NCBI RefSeq assembly: GCF_006345805.1
Contig: NC_043009.1
Coordinates: forward strand, 53,816,001-53,880,000
Length of the DNA: 64,000 nucleotides
Source: Octopus sinensis
Taxonomy: Eukaryota
Direction: 5' to 3'
The translations under genes were made by a program, and so were the position numbers. Shown here one piece after another: positions 55,340 to 64,000 of this stretch (within the stretch, counting starts at the first letter, position 1; each line of letters opens with the position of its first letter). Below the pieces are notes generated by a model, which was not told the DNA's origin, made no database searches, and saw only the letters and a program-made list of their open reading frames with translations.

Positions 55340-56470
55340 AAAGGTAAAAATTAGTACAATTATATAGCTTTATAAATATGATTAAACTTTCTGATAAAGT
55401 TTAACTATATAGTGATCGATTTCGGGTCTAGTGATAAAATACCACTTTACCATCATCACTATGACAGAACTAAAAGTACATAATTTTAAATATTTTTACA
55501 CACCATACAAACACTACGTATCCAAAGTCCAAACATAATGCTCGCACTCATATACAAGTTAAAAATCTAATTCGCTCAACTCAGTAGTGAATAAATTTGG
55601 TTTTAGCGAATTTATATTTATGAATTGAAATCTAACATAAAATCTACATAGGATTTTATCAAGTAGCCAGCACATAAAAACCAATTAAGGTAAAAATTAA
55701 TACAAAGTATATAATGTTGTAAATATGATTATAAAATTATAATAATGATGATGGTAAATTGGTATTACATCACTAAACCTGAAATAGATCGATATATGAC
55801 TGAACTTTTTCACAATCATTTTTTTTTTGCTTATTCCCTCGCTTTCAGCGTATGTCTATATGATAGATATACTAGTTTAGAGCTATTTGGCGTCTTTTTC
55901 TAACATGTGGCATTGCCTGATAGGTTCCCTTATTATAATTTTATAATTATATTTATAAAATTCTATGCTTTGCATTAATTTTTACCTGAATTGGTTCTTA
56001 CATGCTAGCTATTTGACAAAATGCTATAGAGATATCATCCTTGATTTTAATCAATAAATATGAATTCACTTAAACTAAATTTATTAACTGCTGAATTATT
56101 TTGGTTATTCACTCGTAGCTGAAATGAAAAAACTAGATTTTAACTTGTTCGTAAGTGTGAACATACATATATACACTGTGGATACGATGTATTCGTATGG
56201 TATGAATAAATGTTTATAATTATGTACTTTTGGCTGTGTCATACTGACGGTGGTAAAGTGGTATTACATCACAACACCTGAAATCGATCGATATATTGTT
56301 AACAAATTTCAGAAAGTTTTTTCATTCATTCCCTCGCTTTCAGCGCGTGTCTATGTGATACACAATGCAGTTTAGAGCCATTTGGCGTCTTTTTCTGGCA
56401 TGTGACATTACTTGGTATTTGCCCTTATTATAATTTTATAATTATATTTATAAAATTATATACTTTGTGC
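55340..56470. mobile_element. Decayed ~499-bp tandem unit with an inverted partial copy, carrying degenerate hammerhead motifs
   Basis: 55745 onward repeats at 56244 (period 499). 55340-55744 is the reverse complement of the same unit. Three-copy consensus: GTCATA-CTGATGA-stem II-GAA-ATCGATCGAT-A-TATGAC. Confidence 0.6.
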
Positions 56471-56491
56471 GTATATATATATATATATCTG

Positions 56492-56523
<32 letters not shown>

Positions 56524-57007
56524 AAGAGAGAGATGGAGAGAGAGATACATACATACAAATATACACATACATATAACGTGTAAATATATTTAGATAGACA
56601 TAGATATGAATGAAAAAAAAAAATATATATATATATATGTATGTATGTATGTATATATATATGCATGTGTGTGTGTTTGTTACTGTATAATGATTTAGTT
56701 AATGTACGTGTGAGTGTAGAGCTAATTAAGCTGTTTTATTACTACCATGATTTCACAGAGGCATCCTGTAGTTATTTACGCTAATTACTTACACATATAA
56801 ATACACCCCCCCCACGCCTGAAGACATCTAAAAGCAACAAATATTTCTTTAAAAGAAACGAAATACAACTTACAGAGACAGACAAACATATAAAGTATCT
56901 CTCATTCACACACACACACACACAATGTAACACACATGTGTACATGATTCGGTTCTATATATCTATATCTATGCATATATATAAATATATATATATATTA
57001 TATATAT

Positions 57008-57040
<33 letters not shown>

Positions 57041-58234
57041 GTACATATATATACATATATGTGTGTGGGCGCGTGTGCGTATGTGCATGTGCGTGTGTGT
57101 ATGATTGTATGAATGTAATGTTAGATAATAAAGAGAGTAAACATTTTTGTTTATAGCTGTAATATGTCTAATTACGTTGACAATATCACATTCGGTTTAC
57201 TAAAATATATAGTAAATTGGTATGCATCCACTCACAAATACATTCGTGCATATATACACAAATAGACACAGATATACATATTCGTATATACACATATACA
57301 CACTCACACGCACCAATAATGACAGCTAAAGATGAAGGGCATAATATATTTAGTTTAAATTAATTTGTATTCGAAGCAAGGGGACTTTCATACACAAATT
57401 CGCACATATATGCACATACACGCACACACAGAGACATACACATACATACATATACACTAACATGCGTATATTTAATTACATGAATAGATAGATAGATGGA
57501 GAGAGAAAAAGAAAGAGAGAGAGAGAGAGAATAAGAGAAAGATACGCACACACATCGCATAATTGTGGCGAATGTGTATGTGTGGTTACGCATGGACGTG
57601 CTTTCTCGAATATTTTTATGGCACGAACAAGTCACCAGTTAATATGAAATGCGTCTGGTCTCTCTCAGACTTGATCCCACATCCACGTAATTGTAGTTGA
57701 ATGCAGGGAGGCCTGCGCAAGTCCTGATACATGCATAGCTAATACTTTTAGACTAAGTATACGCTTCCTAATCATCTGATCCCATGCATATATCTATTCA
57801 TAATCCACGTTCTCTTAGTATTAAATTCTTTAGCACAAGATAAAAAAAGCAATAAAACACAAGCTATAATATAAATTAAGAACGAACAGAAGTACAAAGT
57901 ATATTTAACACACATTATAGGAAGGGAAGAGTTATTAATATATTGGACAGTTTGCCCCTTGTGGAGGAAAAATGCGAAGAAAGGATAAGTTCCGTTTTTG
58001 CATTTTGTTTGCAAGAAAACATTGATGTAATCTCTTTTGTTGGAACATATATTGAATTTCGGGAGGGTCGTTATAGCAATAATAAGCACACGCACTGATG
58101 CTTTTTCTGTTCATTTTATTTTTTATTTGGCTTTCTGTTAACTCTTTAACCAGTTACCACTAAATTTCTTGATTAATCGTTCGGTCAAAAAGTTTAAAAA
58201 TGCTAAAGTTACCTTCTCGATTCATACCGATGCA

Positions 58235-58450
58235 GAAGGGCCGGTATTCCAGTATCATGGCATGTATATTCCTCATCTAGATGGGACACCGGTTCGTCGC
58301 AGGATTACTCAATCTTTTCAAGCTGGGTGCAATGGAGCAACGTGAAATGAAGTGTTTTCCTCAAGAACACTACGCGTCGCCCTTTTCAGGAATCGATACC
58401 ACAACCTTACGATTAATGAGTCCAACACCCTAACCACTAAATCACGCACC
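58235..58450 (-). mobile_element. SINE family E
   Basis: Collinear with 2085-2295. Confidence 0.65.
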
Positions 58451-61400
58451 TTCACTATTCGGTCAAAATATCATCTAGGTTTGCCAATGTCCCTTCGTCG
58501 CCATTCGAGACCTCGTGATATACACGACATACACTCTCCAATCCAGATCCTTTTCATGCCTGCAAAGAGTTGCAGTAATTTAAATAATCCTTTGGAAATT
58601 AAGTAAGGGATATCTGATAGACGAGAGAGTAGTAAACGAATCGAACACTTAACCCTATCATCTGCAACTCCAGTTCGCCGCGTCAATCTCACCTCACTGT
58701 TTCCCTTTCTTGTACCTTAAAACGCCATAGAAATCCCACAGCCCTAGATTTTTGCGAACAAGAATTTGTCCATCACTCAGAAAGAAGCTCTTCCCGAGAT
58801 ATCAGATAATCGGTTCGTTTTCTCCTTAGCACATTACAAACTATTAAAAGTGCGCGTCACAGCATCCATTTTTCGCACACCTTTCCACATGCTCACATAC
58901 GCGGTTCCTTGTTTACGCCAAAACAAATTGTTTCCTACCTGCTCTACTCAATTATTAAATGAACCTGATATTATGTCACTATAACATGTTTGTTATTATG
59001 CCCTCCACTGCGTGTATCGGTTAATGGCAATGTCTCACCATTTCGTTTTATCAATATCACATAAGCTTTATCACACATACTCTTTATCACACATTTATGC
59101 CAATATCACCTGGATTACTACCATCACTACCTTCCTTTTCCTCTCCGTTCTTTCTATCTTTCTCACCCCCCCCCCCACTCTCTATCTCTTTCTCTCCCTA
59201 ACGCATGTACATACAAAGGCACACGTACATACACACCAAGCTGTACTCACACACAAATACAACCGTGCTCACACACCTAATGTTTCAACACATGTCGGGC
59301 ATTAGCGATTGTAGATCCATTATTGCATCGACATGATTAATTGCCTCTAGCTGTGATGCATGATTTTAGGTGATGAGTTAATGAAGAAAATCTCCTATCT
59401 TATAATATAAAGAGGGGGGGATTTTATCATTCACCTTAATAACTTTATTATGAATGTTGTTGATGCTACTTTCGATTACCACTGGCACTGGCAAACTCAG
59501 AGCAAACAGTCTTATGATTAAAAGCATTTCAGCCACGCTATTCCGCCTTTTCAAGGTTATTTAGAAATTATATGATTTAATATGTCCTGTCCTTATACAA
59601 GGCTGTTTGGTATGATTTCAGTGAAATTATTAAGATGCTACTACTAGCGGTTTGTACGATCACGTAAGTGCTTTATCGTCATTTTGTTATTAAGGATGCT
59701 TTTAATATAAATGAAATGAAATGGCCCGAAAAGGAAATTGAACGAGACAGATGGATTTCGTACTCTCCGTCTTGACTTGTTTAGTTAATATGACATCAAA
59801 GTCTTCAATGAACTTATATGATTGCATATGAAAATGAATTTACAATGGTGTGACGAGGAATATAACAGTTATATTTTAACTGAGTCGATTTTGAAAATTG
59901 AAGTTAGGTTTTAATTCTACATGTCATTCCTCTGAAACTCATTTCAGTAGCTCTGCATATTTCCTTTCTTCTGAATTAATGTAACATTTAAAGGCATACA
60001 TGCAGGTATATCAAAATATTTGCTTCGTCGCCCTTGTGGTATATAAAAAAATGATAAGGCGTGTTTAAAAATAAATGTACTATACGCAAGTATGTTTTGA
60101 TACATTTCTCATTTCTAAATCTTTGTGTGTGCATGTGTGTGTATACAGACGCATGCATGGATGACTTTTTCTTTTCTTTTTAATTAATAGAAGTCTCCTA
60201 TTAAGGAAGGTGCTGGTTTCTAATAAAGACACGAAGTTCAGTCACTAGAATATCGATAACTAAAAGAATCCCACATTTTGAACTTGAAAAATCTTTTGCA
60301 TTTTTTTACTATTCCGCTTACAAATTGTACTTGTTATGCACGTTTTAGCTGACTGATTTCTTTTACTGAAAACCCTAATTTTTTCCAAATCTTTACCTCG
60401 GTATTTGTTAACAAATCCAAGGGTACCAATTGTTATTGTTATAAATGTGAATTTATAATTTGGGTGCAGAGGCTTAAAGTATGAAACAGTTGTCCATGGC
60501 GATCTTAATTTTTTTATTCTTTTTATATTTTCGAAGTGATATATATGCAAATATTATGAAATGTACTTTTCAATAAATTGCAAAAATAATCAACAATGTG
60601 GAAGGGTTGAGTAAATTAAGCTGATATTTGGAATATAACGAATTGGGTTTTATGAGATTATTGTAGAAACTTTTAATTTAAATTTAAAATGTACAATTGT
60701 CTATCAACAAGAGGAATCTTGGTATTAAAAGAGTTAAGTTGTTTTATTGATTACATAAACAACTTTAAATTATTAGGAAAAAAAAACCAATCAATACCTT
60801 AAACATTTATGAAAAACCGCTGACTAACAGTAAATTTATTTCTGTACTATGTTGTATTGAATTGAATTTAATAAGTGCTATTGCAATCAATTAGAAAAAG
60901 GTGAGGTGAATTTACATTTGCATGTTCTTCAAGTGACTTATTTAAAGAGCACTTGTGAAATATGTGAAATATCTTTAATACATAGGCTTTTGAAGCCTGT
61001 TTATTAAAATTTCATTAATCTATTGGTAAGTAGAGAATACACATTTCACTCTGTGCGGTAGACCAAGCAGCTTAAAATATGTGAAGTTCCTTAGAAGATC
61101 AGTTTGACGAATGTCGACAATTCGTTATAATTTGTGATCTATCTTTTGTCCCCAGAGGGTTATTTCCTTCTGCGAAGTTTGGCCATATATGAATGTGATT
61201 CTAAAAAAAAACATTAATTCTGCATAACCTTTCAAACCAGTATCGAATTCCGTTTTGTCTCTACTTAATTTTTTTTAAAATTTATTTATTTTTTTCTTAA
61301 CTTGAAAGTCAAACGACAAAGGTGACATCCCTGAAAGTTTTAAACGTCCTCCAAAACAGAAAAGAATAAAGAAAGAATTTAGTTTCAAATCACGGAAATG

Positions 61401-62035
61401 GTTTGCAAATGTGTAGTTATATCAAGCGGCACCGAAGCTTCATGCGAAAGTGTCAAACCAGGTAGTCGAGAAAAGATTACCTCATGTGCTCGGTAAATAT
61501 TTGTTGCATAATTATGTGCGTTGTGAGAAGAGGTAAAACCCAACTCCAGAGTAATTTCGTGGATTGTGAAATGAACTTCAGTAGAGACGTACACGGTTTC
61601 CTATTTCAATCTTAAACACATATTCACGAATTAACGACGAGTTGTTAAGGTCTCAATTAGGTTATTCTCTAAGATGCTAAACTAATTTGTCATTACTATA
61701 TATGCTAGATACAAAAAAGACAACCGGAAAAGTTGTCTTTGAGAAATATCCATCCAAACATGAAGTTCTCCGTCACCAATTCCACATCCCCCCATAACAC
61801 ACTATCGTTTTTATATTTATTTCAATTCTGCTGATTTTCGCTATATTTTATTGGAAATCATATTTATGTGTGTGTGTATTTATGTGCGAGTGTGTGTGTG
61901 TGTGCATGTATATATATATATATATATATAGATATATATATAGTACACATAATTACACATATACACACACATATATACATATACATACACACACATATAT
62001 ATATATATACATACATGTATATACACACCACACAC

Positions 62036-62067
<32 letters not shown>

Positions 62068-62223
62068 CTTAACGTAAGGTTTACTAGCCATCTGAATGTG
62101 GCTAGCCACTGGGGGGGTGGGGTGTTACTGATATGCTTTTAGCCCCAGGCGATCAACGTCACCAGATGGACTTTAGACACTATCTCAGTGCCCTTGTGTT
62201 ATTTGCAAAGGGGGGTAATCCCC

Positions 62224-62302
62224 TCGAAGACCTAAGTACTACATACGGACTATAGTTTCAAGGTAAGCCTCTCGTCAACGTATGGTAAGCACCGGTCTTC
62301 GA
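62224..62302 (-). ncRNA. Type I hammerhead ribozyme (U3 core variant)
   Basis: Minus strand reads CATACG-TTGACGA-GAGG-CTTA-CCTT-GAA-ACTATAGT-C-CGTATG: 6-bp stem I, core, stem II, palindromic helix III and GUC triplet. Stem I extends via GGTGC/GTACT and TCGAAGACC/GGTCTTCGA. Confidence 0.8.
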
Positions 62303-62470
62303 TGAAGGGTCCCCTCGCAAATAATATATAACGTTTTTCACAGCAACCACTGTCACTGATTTAGAAAAACTGTCTGAAAGCAATAATAAATCTCTGAACG
62401 AGATATAAACAGTAACCGATCGACAACGTAAGGTGAAAAACGTTATATATTTTGCGAGGGGACTCCTTCA

Positions 62471-62551
62471 TCGAAGACCGGTGATTACCATGCGTTGACG
62501 AGAGGCAATTACCTTGAAACTATAGTCCGTATGTAGTACTTAGGTCTTGGA
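62471..62551 (+). ncRNA. Type I hammerhead ribozyme (U3 core variant)
   Basis: CATGCG(62489)-TTGACGA-GAGG-CAATTA-CCTT-GAA-ACTATAGT-C(62527)-CGTATG; predicted cleavage after 62527; extended stem I present. Confidence 0.78.
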
Positions 62552-62756
62552 GGGAGGATAGATGACCTCCCTTTGCAAATAACCACAAGGGCACTGAGAT
62601 AGTGTCTAAAGTCCATCTGGTGACGTTGAGGGCCTGGGGCTAAAAGCATCAGTACACCCCACCCCCAGTGGCTAGCCACATTCAGATGGTTGTACACCTT
62701 ACGTGTCGAGCGTTACTGTTTATTATCTCGTTAGAGTTTATTATGCTTAATATATA

Positions 62757-63142
62757 TACTCTTTTACTCTGTTACTGTTTCATTCATTTCACTGCGACCA
62801 TGCTGGAGCACGCTTTAGTCGAGCAATCGACCCCAGGACTGATTCTTTGTGAGCGTAGTACTTATTCTGTCGGTCTATTTTGCGAACCGCAGTGGACGGG
62901 GGACATAAACACACCAGCATCGGTGCCAAGCACTGCTTGGGGGACAAACACTGACACAAACATACACACACATACACATATATACATATATACGACGGGC
63001 TTCTTCAGTTTCGTCTACCAATCCACTACAAGGCTTTGGTGGCCCCAGTATAGAAGAAAATCGCCAAGAGCCACGCAATGGGACTGAAACCGGGACACTG
63101 TGGTGGTAAGCAAGCTAGGTACACACAGCCACTCCTGCGCCT
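62757..63142 (-). mobile_element. SINE family D with many 1-nt deletions
   Basis: Same family; scattered single-base deletions relative to the other copies. Confidence 0.8.
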
Positions 63143-63436
63143 ACAATAAGCATTCGCTAAGAGTTTGATTCGAACGAACGAAAGCGTTAATAAAGAAGAT
63201 TATTCACAATAATGAGGCTTCTTTTTCTTAATATACAATATCTTTACACCTTTCAAACACGTTGTGTGTCTGTTTGTGCGTTGTATATATATAAATACAC
63301 ACACACATAGAGAGACCCATAATACATATATATATATATATATTATATATTATATATTACACATAATATACACATATACCACACATATATACATATACAT
63401 ACACACACATATATATATATATACATACATGTATAT

Positions 63437-63469
<33 letters not shown>

Positions 63470-63623
63470 CTTAACGTAAGGTTTACTAGCCATCTGAATG
63501 TGGCTAGCCACTGGGGGTGGGGTGTTACTGATGCTTTTAGCCCCAGGCGATCAACGTCACCAGATGGGACTTTAGACACTATCTCAGTGCCCTTGTGTTA
63601 TTTGCAAAGGGGGGTAATCCTCC

Positions 63624-63705
63624 TCGAAGACCTAAGTACTACATACGGACTATAGTTTCAAGGTAATTGGCCTCTCGTCAACGTATGGTAAGCACCGGTC
63701 TTCGA
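63624..63705 (-). ncRNA. Type I hammerhead ribozyme
   Basis: Minus strand reads CATACG-TTGACGA-GAGG-CCAATTA-CCTT-GAA-ACTATAGT-C-CGTATG (63687-63642) with extended stem I. Confidence 0.78.
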
Positions 63706-63873
63706 TGAAAGAGTCCCCTCGCAATAATATATAACGTTTTTCACAGCAACCACTGTCACTGATTTAGAAAAACTGTCTGAAAGCAATAATAAATCTCTGA
63801 ACGAGATATAACAGTAACCGATCGACAACGTAAGGTGAAAAACGTTATATATTATTGCGAGGGGACTCCTTCA

Positions 63874-63953
63874 TCGAAACCGGTGCTTACCATGCGTTGA
63901 CGAGAGGCAATTACCTTGAAACTATAGTCCGTATGTAGTACTTAGGTCTTGGA
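63874..63953 (+). ncRNA. Type I hammerhead ribozyme
   Basis: CATGCG(63891)-TTGACGA-GAGG-CAATTA-CCTT-GAA-ACTATAGT-C(63929)-CGTATG. Confidence 0.75.
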
Positions 63954-64000
63954 GGGAGGATGACCTCCCTTTGCAAATAACACAAGGGCACTGAGATAGT

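Larger units (their letters stand above)
62072..62750. mobile_element. Hammerhead-containing retrozyme / Penelope-like non-autonomous element, head-to-head arms of a ~354-nt monomer
   Basis: 62072-62341 is the reverse complement of 62433-62704. ACGTAAGGT recurs at 62072 and 62426 (354 nt apart). 62696-62750 is an inverted copy of 62378-62435. Each arm carries an HHR fold. Confidence 0.75.
63474..64000. mobile_element. Second copy of the hammerhead-containing head-to-head element (runs off window end)
   Basis: Near-identical to 62072 onward at an offset of 1402 nt; the monomer period is again 354 (63474 to 63828). Confidence 0.7.

Noticed and set aside
61385-61615. Exon candidate on either strand
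   Set aside because: Several frames are partly open, the acceptor is weak, and there is no basis to choose a reading.
62072-62704. Classical MITE, or a missed-adapter read chimera
   Set aside because: The right arm continues into a copy of the loop sequence, which TIR elements do not do. The loop is not an adapter sequence, and arm-specific differences recur in both copies.

Overview
AT-rich, microsatellite-dense eukaryotic non-coding DNA. The tRNA-derived SINE families resemble those I know from Octopus, so a coleoid cephalopod source is my inference. There is one 100-N scaffold gap at 48974-49073. Almost all ORFs in the track are translations of simple repeats. Real coding remnants are all transposons: a 5'-truncated R4/Dong-type RLE LINE sitting in (TAA)n, RTE and CR1/L2-like LINE fragments, and a mariner fragment. 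A few weak host-exon candidates are also present. The main unexplained signal is a set of type I hammerhead-ribozyme (HHR) folds with palindromic helix III. (i) A near-intact family has a ~354-nt circularly permuted monomer arranged head-to-head and present twice at 62-64 kb (4 HHRs). (ii) An older, unrelated ~499-nt tandem unit with the same head-to-head layout lies at 55.3-56.5 kb (3 decayed HHRs). (iii) A dispersed ~200-bp family carries a minimal HHR-like motif whose stem I covaries between copies (17.3, 48.8, 50.4, 54.6 kb). Together these look like octopus retrozyme / Penelope-like non-autonomous elements. Other notable structures are a 1.4-kb minisatellite built from a 34-bp SINE segment, a SINE flanked by a ~168-bp direct duplication, and several long fold-back palindromes. 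All folds were derived by eye; no searches or folding programs were run.
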